Shown: positions 10,664-21,580, numbered from the stretch's first letter. The stretch is 64,000 nucleotides of DNA from an uncultured Chloroflexia bacterium (GCA_963731765.1 CAVSWS010000040.1:17732-81731); one strand, 5' to 3'. Program-made: numbers and translations. Notes: generated by a model from the sequence alone, not told the origin.

Positions 10664-12022
10664 ATGCCCAGAGCCCACCGCTCCGACGCCTCCCAGGCGG
10701 GCTTCTTCCCGGAGCCCGCAGCCGCATCGAGCCCCCTGGAAGAGGAGCCGGCCGGCGCGCCGCTGGCTGCCCGCATGCGACCGCGCAGCCTGGACGACTA
10801 CGTGGGCCAGGAGCACATCGTCGGGCCGGGGAAGCTGCTGCGGCGGCTGCTGGATGCCGGCCAGCTGCCTTCGCTGATCCTCTGGGGACCGCCGGGCGTG
10901 GGCAAGACGACGCTGGCCCGGATCATCGCCTCGCAGGCGAACGCGACGTTCGTGGCGATTTCGGCGGTGAGCGCCGGGGTTGCCGACCTGCGAAAGGTCG
11001 TGGCTGAGGCGCGAGCGCGCAAGCCGGAGCAGACGGTCCTGTTCATCGATGAGATCCACCGCTTCAACAAGGCGCAGCAGGACGCGGTGCTGCCGGTGGT
11101 GGAAGACGGGACCGTGACGCTGATCGGCGCCACGACGGAAAACCCGAGCTTCGAGGTGATCGGACCGCTGCTGTCGCGCAGCCGCGTGTTTGCCCTGCGG
11201 TCGCTGGACGACGCCGACCTGGCGCGGCTGATCAGGCGGGCACTCGCCGATACCGAACGCGGCCTCGGCGGGCTGAACGTCGAAATGGATGACGATGCTG
11301 TCGAAGCGCTGGCAGCGTCGGTAGGCGGAGACGCACGGATTGCCCTGAACGCCCTCGAGGCGGCGGTGATGTCTGTCGCGCCGGCGGAGAGGGGGAGCGC
11401 GGACGAGGCCGTCGCCGTCCGTCACGTGACGCGGGCCGATGTGGAAGAGGCGCTGCAGCATCGCACGTATCTCTACGACCGCCAGGGGGATGCCCATTAC
11501 GACACGATCAGCGCGTTCATCAAGAGCCTGCGAGGTTCGGACCCGGACGCAGCGCTGTACTGGCTGGCGCGGATGATCCAGGCGGGCGAGGACCCCCTGT
11601 TCATCGTGCGGCGCATGGTGATCCTGGCCTCGGAGGACGTGGGGCTGGCCGACCCGCAGGCGATGGTCGTCGCGTCGGCGTGTCAGCAGGCCGTGCACTT
11701 CATCGGCATGCCGGAGGGCTTCTATCCCCTGGCAGAGACGGCGTTGTATTTAGCGCTGGCGCCGAAGAGCAACAGCGTGGGCACGAGCTACGGCCGCGCC
11801 CTGGCCGACGTGGAGGCGACGCGCAACGACCCGGTACCGATGCACCTGCGCAACGCGGTCACGGGGCTAATGCGGGGCATGGGCTACGGGCAGGGCTACA
11901 AGTACGCGCACGACTACGAGGGCGGCGTCGCGCCGGAGCAGACGTACCTACCGGAGCGCGTGAAGGGGCATCGTTACTACGAGTCGAAGGGCATCGGGTG
12001 GGAGAAGGACCGTCGGGGTTAG
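10664..12022 (+). CDS. rarA: Replication-associated recombination protein A (RarA/MgsA)
   Basis: PLAARMRP, WGPPGVGKTT, FIDEIHRFNKAQQD, GATTENPSF, SAFIKSLRGSDPDAALYWLARM; TACAAT 6 nt before the ATG. Confidence 0.95.
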   Translation: MPRAHRSDASQAGFFPEPAAASSPLEEEPAGAPLAARMRPRSLDDYVGQEHIVGPGKLLRRLLDAGQLPSLILWGPPGVGKTTLARIIASQANATFVAISAVSAGVADLRKVVAEARARKPEQTVLFIDEIHRFNKAQQDAVLPVVEDGTVTLIGATTENPSFEVIGPLLSRSRVFALRSLDDADLARLIRRALADTERGLGGLNVEMDDDAVEALAASVGGDARIALNALEAAVMSVAPAERGSADEAVAVRHVTRADVEEALQHRTYLYDRQGDAHYDTISAFIKSLRGSDPDAALYWLARMIQAGEDPLFIVRRMVILASEDVGLADPQAMVVASACQQAVHFIGMPEGFYPLAETALYLALAPKSNSVGTSYGRALADVEATRNDPVPMHLRNAVTGLMRGMGYGQGYKYAHDYEGGVAPEQTYLPERVKGHRYYESKGIGWEKDRRG

Positions 12023-12057
12023 CGTGGGGCCGGACGGCTACGCGGGCTCAGAACTGG

Positions 12058-12472
12058 CTAGCGGGGCTCGATGCGCGTCAGGCCCTCGACGCGATCGAGG
12101 CCACGGTCGAAGCTGTAGACCTCGGACGGTGACTGCTCCAGAGCTGCAGCGGCGATGAGGGCATCGGCAAAGCTGATGGCTCGAATTGCGGCGAAGAGCT
12201 CCAAGGCATGGATGCAACGTGCCTTGTGCTCCATCCTGAACCCGGAAATCGTGAGTAGAGACAGCAGACGCTCGACGATCAGATCTCGCGGCAGGTCGTA
12301 CATTGTCCGGGAGGCCAGAACGTAGACCACCTCGGCGACTGTCGCATCCAGTAACTCAACCTCTTCTTCGCCGTCCTCGATGCGTCCAAACAGCGCTGCG
12401 GCGGCAGCCGCCATCTCGGGCTGGTCCTGAGTCAGGACGCGAACGATCAAATTTGCATCGAGGATGCTTCAC
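12058..12472 (-). CDS. vapC: PIN-domain (VapC-like) toxin; start disturbed by one extra base
   Basis: ILDANLIVR...VAEVVYVL...SFADALI...YSFDR; the GTG at 12472 is out of frame by one base. Confidence 0.85.
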
Positions 12473-12771
12473 CGGCGCTCTTCGACCTCGCGTCGCATCG
12501 ACTCAATGACTTGCCGAGCCACATCCTCGTGGGCGATTTCCTGCATCTCCTCCCACGTCATGGGCGTCTTGAGCTTGATGGGCGGAATATCGGAAACCAT
12601 TTCGGCGATGGAAGAGTATCGCGGCTTCTTCAGCACGACGGCGCCGTCCTCGATTCGAAAGATAACCTTTCCCCGATTCGAGATGCCGAGGGCTTTGCGA
12701 ACCTCTTCCGGAATCGTGACCTGACCACGCTCCGTGATGCTGGCCCAGACTTCGTGTGGCGGCTTAGACAC
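12469..12771 (-). CDS. AbrB/MazE/SpoVT-type antitoxin
   Basis: ITERGQVTIPEEVRKALGI...VIFRIEDG; directly upstream of the PIN gene. Confidence 0.9.
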   Translation of the reverse strand: MSKPPHEVWASITERGQVTIPEEVRKALGISNRGKVIFRIEDGAVVLKKPRYSSIAEMVSDIPPIKLKTPMTWEEMQEIAHEDVARQVIESMRREVEERR

Positions 12772-12821
12772 TGCATTACTCCTGCTGCATTACATCGTAT
12801 CCGGCCCCGGACAATGCAGGC

Positions 12822-14240
12822 TTACTCAGCCGTCAGGTATCGGGCGTCGGCGAAGCCTTCTCGGCCATCGAGCAGGCGTACCCGCAGCCAGCGCTGGGCG
12901 CCGACCGTCACGTCGACATGGAGGTCGTAGACCAGCGTGCCGTCGACGGCGCAGGTGAGCTCCTGGGCCTGGACGTCGGTCCCGACGCGCACTGAGACGC
13001 ATGGGGTGCCGGTGGTCACGCGCAAGAACGGGCCCTCGACGGCACCGGCCAGGCTATTGCGGCCAAGAGGCCGATCGCCGTTGCCGAAGGGTGGATCCAG
13101 CAAGGGACCGTGGATGGGTGTCAAAACGCCCTTTGCGAGGTCGATGAAGCCGATGGTCTGCGCGGCGGAACCTGGGCCATCCGTCATATCACCGATGAGA
13201 GCACCGGACCGCAAGCGTTCCAGGGCGAGAGCGAAGGCGTCGGAGCGAAATCCTGCGAGCTTGCCATCAGGGCCAACCGTCGTGATATTCCAGCCGACGA
13301 AATTACGCGCCGGATTGGAATCGCCTTCCTCCCAGGTCACGGGTGGGTCTGAGGCGTCGCCGGTAGCTATCGCCGTCACTCGGGAGCCCGGCTCGACCTG
13401 GGCGATCTTGTCGCCCTGCCCGTCGAGAACCGTACTGCCACCGTCGAGCGCCCAATGCAACGCACCGCTGGAATGCGAGTCGTAGATCAGATATTCGGCG
13501 CCAGCCGGTGGTGTGATGGCGTCGCCGTTGAAGTAGCGCAGCTTTCCGCCGCCCAGGGTGTCGACGATGATCCCCTGCTCGGTGACCGCTTCGACGAAGA
13601 TCGCGTCACCCGGATCGGTGGTCGTCAGCACCTGCCAGGTCACGCCACCATTCCGTGATTCGTAAAGCGTGACAGGCGAATTTGCGAGCGCCTTGCTTTC
13701 GCACTCGGTACAGATGGTCACGACGATCTGGGACAGATCGGGGCGGAGGGCAAAGCTCGTTATCCGGGAATCATCCGAACCGCTGTAGCCTGCGTCGATG
13801 AGCTTTTCGACGTGAGTGTCACCGCTGTTGCGCCAGACGCGGTAGAGCGCGTCGGTGGGGCCGTCGCACTGGATGCATCCCGTCTCGATCACGGTCATGA
13901 GGTTCTCGGGGAAGTCGATGGCGTCGGCGGTCTTGAAGTCGCCGTAAATCTGGTAGCCGCTGTAGACGAGCTCGGGCTTCTGGGTTGGCTCGGTCGCGGG
14001 TGATTGGGCAGTCGGAGAGGCGGGTGCCTTAGTTGGGCTGGGCGAGAGCGCAGACGTGGGCGTGGTTTCGGGAATAGACGTGGCCGTAGCAATTCCGCCC
14101 GCTGCCGTTGGCGTCGCGCCCTCCGGGCTCGAGCCGCCGCTGCAGCCTGCGAAGGCAAGACTTACCAGACCAAGCAGCAGCAAGAGTGCGAGAGGACGGA
14201 ATCCAGGGTGAAGGGTTGCGGGTAATGGCATGCGATCCAT
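12822..14240 (-). CDS. Secreted lipoprotein with Pro/Thr linker, Asp-box and C-terminal SH3-like domain
   Basis: Lipobox LAFAGC, PT-rich linker, YESRNGGVTW, C-terminal WLRVRLLDGREGFADARYL. Confidence 0.7.
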   Translation of the reverse strand: MDRMPLPATLHPGFRPLALLLLLGLVSLAFAGCSGGSSPEGATPTAAGGIATATSIPETTPTSALSPSPTKAPASPTAQSPATEPTQKPELVYSGYQIYGDFKTADAIDFPENLMTVIETGCIQCDGPTDALYRVWRNSGDTHVEKLIDAGYSGSDDSRITSFALRPDLSQIVVTICTECESKALANSPVTLYESRNGGVTWQVLTTTDPGDAIFVEAVTEQGIIVDTLGGGKLRYFNGDAITPPAGAEYLIYDSHSSGALHWALDGGSTVLDGQGDKIAQVEPGSRVTAIATGDASDPPVTWEEGDSNPARNFVGWNITTVGPDGKLAGFRSDAFALALERLRSGALIGDMTDGPGSAAQTIGFIDLAKGVLTPIHGPLLDPPFGNGDRPLGRNSLAGAVEGPFLRVTTGTPCVSVRVGTDVQAQELTCAVDGTLVYDLHVDVTVGAQRWLRVRLLDGREGFADARYLTAE

Positions 14241-14320
14241 TGTGAGGCCTGAGAAGCGGCGTACAGACAAGGGCCATCCGGTAAGTGCTTGATAACAAGC
14301 CCGGCCCTATACTGTCAGCC

Positions 14321-15101
14321 GTGGATAAGAGACCCCTTGAAGGCAAGATTGCGCTGGTTACCGGCGGCAGCCGCGGCATTGGCCGAGCGATCGCGGAGAA
14401 GCTGGGACGCCAGGGCGCACAGGTAATCATCAACTACGTCCGTCGTGAGGCCGACGCCGAGCATGCCGTGAGCGAGATGGCCGAATCTGGCATCAGTGCG
14501 AGCGCTTTGCGAGGCAACATGGGCGACATGGACGACATTCGCGCCGTGTTCCAGCAGATCAAGGAGCAGCACGAAGGCCTCGACATTCTGGTGAACAGCG
14601 CGGCGCGTGGCCTGGAGCGGCCTCGAAACGCCATCGCCTCTCTGCCAAACCACCTGCGGAGCACGTTCGAGACCAACGTCCTCGGGACCGTGGTTTGCGG
14701 CCAAGGAAGCGATGCCGCTGATGGAGGCCCGGGGTGGCGGCGCGATCATCAACCTCACGAGCCTGGGTGCGAGACGCTATACGCCCGCCTACGCCGCGGT
14801 GGGCGTGACGAAGGGCGCGCTCGACACGCTAACCATGTACCTGGCCGTTGAGCTGGCCCCGAAAGGCATCCGAGTGAACGGCGTGTGTCCGAGCTGGGTG
14901 GAAGAGACCAGCGGCGTGGCGGCGATGTCGCCCGAGTATGGCGAGAGCCTGCGCAAGAGCATGCCCATCGGGCGCCATGTCGTGCCGGCGGACGTCGCGA
15001 ACCTCGTCGCGTTCCTGTGCAGCCCGGAGTCGGAGATGATCGTGGGTCAGACGATCATTCTCGATGGCGGCATCAGCCTGATCGGCGTGCTTCAGGCGTA
15101 G
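14321..15101 (+). CDS. SDR oxidoreductase (FabL-like); apparent +1 frameshift near 14687
   Basis: TGGSRGIG and LVNSAA, then YAAVGVTK, GIRVNGV, GQTIILDGG in the next frame. Confidence 0.85.
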
Positions 15102-15123
15102 GTCAGGGTGTCGAAGAACTTCA

Positions 15124-15143
15124 CCGCGGGTTGAAACCCGCGG
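15124..15143. repeat. REP-like palindrome CCGCGGGTTGAAACCCGCGG
   Basis: Hairpin between convergent genes; relative at 55539-55556. Confidence 0.6.
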
Positions 15144-15216
15144 CATCGCCCAAGGCGCCGGATTCATCTCGGTGGTGTTCAGCGTCAGCTTGCCGCGCTG
15201 TTCTCAACACACACTG

Positions 15217-17876
15217 CTAAACCGGTCTTTCGAGGCGAATGCGGGCATCAAGTGCGACGACGCCGTGGCCTGCCGGTCGCGCGATCACGGGGTTGAGGTC
15301 CAGCTCGGCGATCTCCGGAAGGTCTTCAACCATCTGCGAGATGCGCAGCAGCAGATCACGCAGTGCCGGCAGGTCGGCTGGCGGGCTGCCTCGATAGCCC
15401 GCGAGCAGGCGGGCCGCTTTGACGGAGCCCAGGAGCTCGTCGGCGTCGATGTCGGTGAGGGGGTGGAGACGAAACGCCACGTCGCCCATGACCTCAGCGA
15501 TGGTGCCACCGAGGCCGAAGGCGACGAGCGGGCCGAACAGCGGGTCGTTCACCAACCCCACGAGGCACTCGACACCGCCTGTGACCATCTCCTGGACCAG
15601 GACGCCCTCGAAGGCGTCTCCGAGGCCGTGCGACTGAAGGGAGGCCTCCATCGTGCGGTACGCACCGGCGGCAGCCTCAGGCGTTCGGACATCAAGCAGC
15701 ACGCCGCCAACGTCCGACTTGTGCAGCACCGTCTTCGAGACAAGCTTGAGGGCCACGGGCGCATCGATCTGGCGGCAGGCATCCGCGGCCTCCTCGGGCG
15801 AATGGGCAACGACGCTGCGAGGGAGGGGCAATCCATACGCCGTCAGCAGGTCGCGTATCTCCTGCGGCTCCAGCCACGGCGACTGCTCCCGAGCCAGCGC
15901 AGAGCGCACGATGGCCCGGGCCTTTTCTGTGTCGAGGTCATCGAAGTCGGGCAGGTTGCCGGCGGGGCGGCGCAGCCAGGCGGCGCGCTCGGCGGCGTGA
16001 CCGAGGGCGCGGGCGGCGGTTTCGGGAAACCGGAAGACGGGCACGCTGCTGGCAGGCTCCGGCATTGTGCCCGGCCACTCGTAACCGGCGAAGCAGGCCA
16101 GGATCGGCTTCGTCGTGCCTGCCTGTTCCGCGGCAACCAGGGCGTTCGCGGCGTCTTCGAGACTGTTTGTCGCCAACGGGATGAACTGGGCGATGACGGC
16201 GTCGATACCGGGGTCGTCGAGTACGAGGCGCAGGGCTTCGCGGTAGGTTTCGGCGGAGCTGGACGCCCCGATGTCGAGGGGGTTGCCGGGGTGCATGGCG
16301 GGCGAGAGGATCTCGCGCAGGCGGCTCGTTGTTGCCTCTGACAGGGCCGGGAGCTCAAGGCCGTTCGCCTCGCAGGCATCGGCGCAGAGGATGCCGAGGC
16401 CGCCGGCGTTGGTGACGATGCCGACCCGGTTGCCCGCGGGCAGGGGCTGGCGCTCGAACAGGAGGGCGGCGTCGAACGATTCCTCAAGCGTCTCGCAGTG
16501 GGTGACGCCGGCCTGCTTGAACAGGGCCTCAACCGCGACGTTGGAGCCGGCGAGGGCGGCGGTGTGCGACTGAGCGGCGCGACGGCCGGCTTCGCCACGG
16601 CCACCCTTCACCGCCACGATGGGCTTGCTGCGGCCGACGCGACGCGCCACGCGGGCGAAGCGCTTCGGGTTGCCGAAGGATTCGAGATAGAGCACGACGA
16701 CTCGCGTCTGTTCGTCCTCCTCCCAGTACTCCAGCAGGTCGTTGGAGGAGACGTCGGCCTTGTTGCCCATGGACACGAAGGCTGAGACGCCCATGTCGGT
16801 CTTGCGGGCCTGGTCCAGGATGGCGATGCCGAGTGCGCCGGACTGGGAAGCGATGGCGACGCCACCGGCCGGCGGCAGCAGCGGGGCGAACGTGGCGTTC
16901 ATCGTCGTGCCATTGCGGGCGGAGAGGACGCCGAGGCAGTTCGGGCCTACGAGGCGAGCGCTGTGGGAACGCACGAGGTCGAGCAGCTCCTGCTGGTCTC
17001 GTTTGCCAGCCTCGCCGGCTTCGGCGAACCCGGAGGAGATGACTACCAAGCGCCCGGACACCGACTGCAAGGCAGTCACGCACGACGTCGAGCACGGCGG
17101 CGGGCGGCACGGCGATGACGGCCAGGTCGAGGTCATCGGCGATGTCGGTGATGCGGGGATAGGCGTGCACCGAGGCGACGGCGTGAGCGTTTGTGTTGAC
17201 GGGATAGACGGCACCCGCGAAGCCGCCATCAATCAGGTTGCGGAAGATGGCGTGGCCGGGCGTGCCGGGGCGACGAGAGGCGCCAACGACGGCGATGTTT
17301 CGCGGGTGGAAGAGCGGCACCAGCGAGGCCTGTGCAGCCACGTGAAGTCGCGCATCCGAGCGCGCGACGGCGTCCGTCTCCGGATGGAGGGAGATCTCGA
17401 ACTCCCACTCGCCCTGCGTTTCGAGGCGGCGGGACATCTCGAAGCCCAGGTTCTGGAACACGTCCAGCATGCGGTTGTTCGAGGTCATGACGAGAGCGAG
17501 GAAGCGCTCGATGCCTTCGCGGCGGGCATCCTCCGCGAGGCGCTCCAGCATGGCGGTGCCGATGCCGTGGCCCTGCTCCGCGTCGAGAACCGCAAGAGCG
17601 ACCTCGGCGCGCCTGGGGTCGCGTAGCTGGTAGTAGGAGCCGATGGCCGCGATGGCACCGTCGAGCTCCGCGACGAGGGCGTGGCCGGACGTCGCCATGG
17701 CAACGAGGCTCGCACGTTACGCGCACCGCGGAGTGAAAGCGAAACGTCCGGCTCTCGACGGAGACGCTGTCGAAGAAGGCATCTACCGCTTCGCGGTCCT
17801 CAGGCGTGAGGGGGCGCAGAAGGACCTGTCGCCCGTCACGGAGCAGCGCGTAGGTGCGCAACGACGCCTCAGACAC
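15217..17876 (-). CDS. GNAT-acyl-CoA synthetase fusion (Pat-type protein lysine acetyltransferase); apparent +1 frameshifts near 17714 and 17050
   Basis: LRDGRQVLLRP...SRTFRF; AEVALAV...QGHGIGT; IAVVGAS, GPNCLG, SQSGALG, YLESFGNP, TNAGGLG; ATP-grasp HKSDVGGV and LDLNPV, spread over three frames. Confidence 0.88.
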
Positions 17877-17990
17877 GGAGGGTGTCCCGAATCGCAACGA
17901 GGATAGGCCGGCGCATGAGCATCTCCATCAAGACCTGATGCCATGCTCGCACAGGCTCAGCCTTTCGTGGAGGGCCGAAGCGCCCGAAGG

Positions 17991-19670
17991 CTAGCGCGTG
18001 ATGGCGCCCTCCGAAGCAGACGAGACGAGCCTGGCGTACTTGGCGAAGACGCCGGCGGTGTAGTGCGGCTCCGGCTCCTTCCACTCGGCCAGGCGGCGCT
18101 GCAGCTCCTCCTCGCTGATCTCGAGTCGCAGCTCGCGCGCCTCGACGTCGAAGGTGATCGTGTCGCCTTCGCGCACGGCGGCGATGGGGCCGCCGACAGC
18201 CGCCTCCGGGGCGACGTGACCGGCCATGAGGCCGTGGGTGGCGCCGGAGAAGCGGCCGTCCGTCAGGAGTGCCACGCTGTCGCCGAGGCCTTCGCCGACG
18301 AGGGCCGCCGTGACGCCAAGCATCTCGCGCATACCAGGGCCACCCTTCGGGCCTTCGTAGCGGATGACGACGACGTCGTTGGGATTGATCTTGTTGGCCG
18401 AGACCGCCGCGAAGGCGTCCTCCTCGCGCTCGAAAACGCGGGCGGGGCCGCTGTGAAGCATGCGCTCGTGGCCGGCGACCTTGAGGACGCAGCCTTCGGG
18501 CGCAAGGTTGCCCTTGAGGATGACGAGACCACCCGTGGCCTTTAGAGGTGCATCGATGGGGTGAACAACCTTCTGGCCGGGCGTCTCTTCGGCGGTGGCG
18601 ACTTCCTCACCGATGGAGCGGCCCGTGACGGTCATCGGCTCCGGGTGGAGCAGGCCCGCCTGGAGGAGGCGGTTGGCGACGAGGCGAACACCGCCGGCCA
18701 TGTAGAGGTCGTTGGCGGTGTACTGACCGCCGGGCTTCATGTCGCCGATGACGGGCGTGGTGCGGCTGATGCGGTCGAAGTCGTCGATGCTGAGCTCGAC
18801 GCCGGCTTCGCGGGCGATGGCGAGCAGGTGGAGTACAGCGTTGGTCGAGCCGCCGGTGGCGAGCACGGAGGTGATGGCGTTCTCGAGGGAGGCCTTGGTG
18901 ATGATGTCGCTGGGGCGCAGGTTGCGTCGCAGGAGCTCGACGGCCTGCTGACCGACGGCGAAGGCGACGTCGTCCTTCTTGGGGTCGACGGCGGGGACGG
19001 AAGCGCTATCGACGAGGGACATGCCCATCATCTCGACCGCCATGGCCATGGTGTTGGCGGTGTACTGACCGCCGCAGGCTCCCGCGCCAGGGCAGGCGAC
19101 GTGAGCCAGGGCGTTGAGCTGCTCCTCCGTGATCTTGCCGGCGGCGTGCGCGCCCACCGCCTCGAAGACGTCGAGGACGGTGACGTCCTTGCCTTCGTAG
19201 ACACCGGGCATGATGGAGCCGCCGTAGAGCTGAATCGAGGGGAGGTTGAGGCGAGCCAGCGCCATGAGCGTACCGGGCGTGGTCTTGTCGCAGGCTGCGA
19301 TGGCAACGACGCCATCGAGGGAGTGGCCGCGGACGACGAGCTCGATGGAGTCGGCGATGACCTCGCGGCTGATGAGGGAGGCCTTCATGCCCTCGGTACC
19401 CATGGTGATGCCGTCGTTGACGGCGATGGTGTTGAACTCGAGGGGGGTGCCGCCGGCGGCACGGATGCCTTCCTTGACCTTGGCAGAGAGACGGCGGAGC
19501 TGGAAGTTGCAAGGACCGATCTCGGTCCAGGTGTTGGCGACGCCGATGAGCGGCTTCGAAAGGTCTTCATCGGTGAGGCCGGTGGCGTAGAGCATGGAGC
19601 GGGCGGCGGCACGGCCGGGTCCGTCCAGCAGGACATGGCTGGGTCCACGCAGGTCGTTCTGGTTGGTCAT
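17991..19670 (-). CDS. ilvD: Dihydroxy-acid dehydratase
   Basis: GPCNF, DGITMG, SLISRE, CDKTTPG, GACGGQYTANTM, GPGMREM, TDGRFSG; GAGGAG SD. Confidence 0.97.
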   Translation of the reverse strand: MTNQNDLRGPSHVLLDGPGRAAARSMLYATGLTDEDLSKPLIGVANTWTEIGPCNFQLRRLSAKVKEGIRAAGGTPLEFNTIAVNDGITMGTEGMKASLISREVIADSIELVVRGHSLDGVVAIAACDKTTPGTLMALARLNLPSIQLYGGSIMPGVYEGKDVTVLDVFEAVGAHAAGKITEEQLNALAHVACPGAGACGGQYTANTMAMAVEMMGMSLVDSASVPAVDPKKDDVAFAVGQQAVELLRRNLRPSDIITKASLENAITSVLATGGSTNAVLHLLAIAREAGVELSIDDFDRISRTTPVIGDMKPGGQYTANDLYMAGGVRLVANRLLQAGLLHPEPMTVTGRSIGEEVATAEETPGQKVVHPIDAPLKATGGLVILKGNLAPEGCVLKVAGHERMLHSGPARVFEREEDAFAAVSANKINPNDVVVIRYEGPKGGPGMREMLGVTAALVGEGLGDSVALLTDGRFSGATHGLMAGHVAPEAAVGGPIAAVREGDTITFDVEARELRLEISEEELQRRLAEWKEPEPHYTAGVFAKYARLVSSASEGAITR

Positions 19671-20000
19671 TTGGGCGGCTCCTCGGATTCGGAATGGCGG
19701 TGGAGAAATCGTAGGAGCAATCCGGCCATCGGGCAATCTCGGCCTTTCGGGCAGGGGGTCGGAGAGCGTTTGATTGTTTGATTGATTTTCGGCACGAAGT
19801 TTGTCGTTTCGTGTTTCCGTTGCTCCGGCTCACCAAGGGGCGTGAGCTTCGCCGGGGGCATGAGTGTACCGGAGCAGGGAGTGAGCGCCGAGCGTGCGTG
19901 GCGCCGACCGAGTTCGGATAAGTCAGAGAGGAAGGCCCGATCTGCGGGATGAAGCCCGCAGCCAAGTCCGTGGACCTCACGTGCGTCGGATGGACGCAAT

Positions 20001-20028
20001 GAAGCCGGCACCCGTAGGTGCCGGCTTC
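20001..20028. terminator. Perfect 12-bp hairpin, possible terminator
   Basis: GAAGCCGGCACC-CGTA-GGTGCCGGCTTC downstream of 20050..20301; no clear U tract. Confidence 0.55.
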
Positions 20029-20049
20029 CCAAACGTCCTCCCTCAGGGG

Positions 20050-20301
20050 TTAGACGTGGTCGTGCGTGTGTGGACGGTCGATGGGGCCACGCTCTACGTA
20101 GTCACGCTCTACGTAGCGGTCATGCGAGCCGAAGGGCGCAAAGCTGGCGAGGAAGAGCATGGAGACTGCGAGGCCAACGAGGCCGACGACGAAAAGGATG
20201 ATGCCGATGCTCTGAATGTCGACTCCCTGAACCTGATAGTCGACGGCGAAGGCGAGTACCGCACCCGCGGCGATAAGCAGAAGACTGAATCCTGTGGACA
20301 T
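20050..20301 (-). CDS. Small two-TM protein (DUF6458-like)
   Basis: GFSLLLIAAGAVLAFAV...VDIQSIGIIL; AAGGAGG SD. Confidence 0.8.
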   Translation of the reverse strand: MSTGFSLLLIAAGAVLAFAVDYQVQGVDIQSIGIILFVVGLVGLAVSMLFLASFAPFGSHDRYVERDYVERGPIDRPHTHDHV

Positions 20302-20598
20302 CTATGAACCTCCTTGGGTCTGACAAACCACTTGAGTAGGTTCGCTCATCTGGTGTAGCGCGCGGCGTAGTCAAGCACGTAGGGAACGTGACAAAGGCAT
20401 CACGCTCAGCGGGCGTTCAGGAGTGGATGTGCGAGTACACGTCGATGGGGTGTGACAAGGATGATGTTCGCCGGGTGAGGAGCATTTACGGCGAAACGGG
20501 CCGTCGGAGGGACCCACGCGAGTCGAGCGGTAGACCGACTGAGATGCCCCGGAGCTACGCCGGCAGCTTCAGGCGAATGGAAGCCGTAGAATCGAAGG

Positions 20599-21420
20599 AT
20601 GAAGGCGCCTGTGATCATTGCGCACCGGACTTCGCCGGCTTATGCGCCGGAGAACAGCCTCGAGGGCATCGGAGTGAGCTTCGAGCAGGGGGCTGACGGG
20701 GTGGAGATCGACCTGCGCACGAGCCTGAACCTGGGCTCCTTTTTAATGCACGACAACTCGATGTGGCGCACCACCGGGTGGCCGTTGCCGATCGAGCTGA
20801 CGCCATCGAGCGTCGTGGGGCGGCGTCGATTGCGCACGGGCTCCGGCGTCTACGGTGCGCAACCTCGCCCCCAGGCCCTCTCCTCGCGAGGAGAGGGGGG
20901 AGTGCCGGACGAAGCGGTTTCAGGCGCTACGACACTGCGGGATGAGTCCGGCAGCTACGGTCTGCTCGTGCCGACCCTGGAAGAAGCGATCGAGGCGGTG
21001 CCCGCGGACAAGCTGTTCGCGGTGGACGTGAAGACTCCGTGGTCGATATTCGACCTGGTGCGGGTGGTGAGGCGACGAGAGATGGAGTCGCGGACGCTGG
21101 TGTGGTGCTCGAGCGCGCTGGTGGTGCGGTACGCGGCCTCGAAGATGCCGGGTGTCGAGGTGGCGTACTACAAGGACTTCGAGGACGGGCCTAACAACAT
21201 CGAGTTCGTGGGCAAGGCGGCGCGCATCGGGGCACAGGCGGTGTCGCTGGACTGGCGCGGCATCAGTCCGGAAGTCGTCTCGGCGGCGCACTGGCTGGGG
21301 CTCAAGGTGTACTCGTGGCACAAGGAGCATCCGATCACGCGCGAGAAGATCGAATCCGGGCTGGACGGCCTGATCACGGACTACCCGGCTCGCAGTCGCG
21401 AGCTTATTGCGGCGATGTAG
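20599..21420 (+). CDS. Glycerophosphodiester phosphodiesterase with in-frame repeat-derived insertion
   Basis: IIAHR, PENSL, GVEIDL, MHD, VPTLEE, DGLITDYP. Confidence 0.88.
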   Translation: MKAPVIIAHRTSPAYAPENSLEGIGVSFEQGADGVEIDLRTSLNLGSFLMHDNSMWRTTGWPLPIELTPSSVVGRRRLRTGSGVYGAQPRPQALSSRGEGGVPDEAVSGATTLRDESGSYGLLVPTLEEAIEAVPADKLFAVDVKTPWSIFDLVRVVRRREMESRTLVWCSSALVVRYAASKMPGVEVAYYKDFEDGPNNIEFVGKAARIGAQAVSLDWRGISPEVVSAAHWLGLKVYSWHKEHPITREKIESGLDGLITDYPARSRELIAAM

Positions 21421-21580
21421 GCATCCTGTCGGGACGGACCTGTGGTGCGTGCCTACGTCGTATGACGTCGGCGGCGCTCGACGGGTAGGCAGGGGACGGC
21501 GAGAGGGTCCTCATCGAGTCGGGGGCCGGTGGCTGCGCATCGCTGGCGCGCTGCTACGCCTGGGTTTTTAGTGAGACGTG

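Noticed and set aside
12469-12471. Selenocysteine or programmed read-through fusing antitoxin and toxin
   Set aside because: No evident SECIS; a single-base insertion, as seen elsewhere in the window, explains it more simply.
15217-17876. Programmed frameshifting or a pseudogene in the Pat gene
   Set aside because: No slippery heptamers or in-frame stops; fits the window-wide insertion error pattern.
19890-19990. Group II intron, IS110 end or HDV-like ribozyme remnant
   Set aside because: A GTGCG and hairpins are present, but no domain V, transposase or complete pseudoknot could be traced; the main hairpin is a REP copy.
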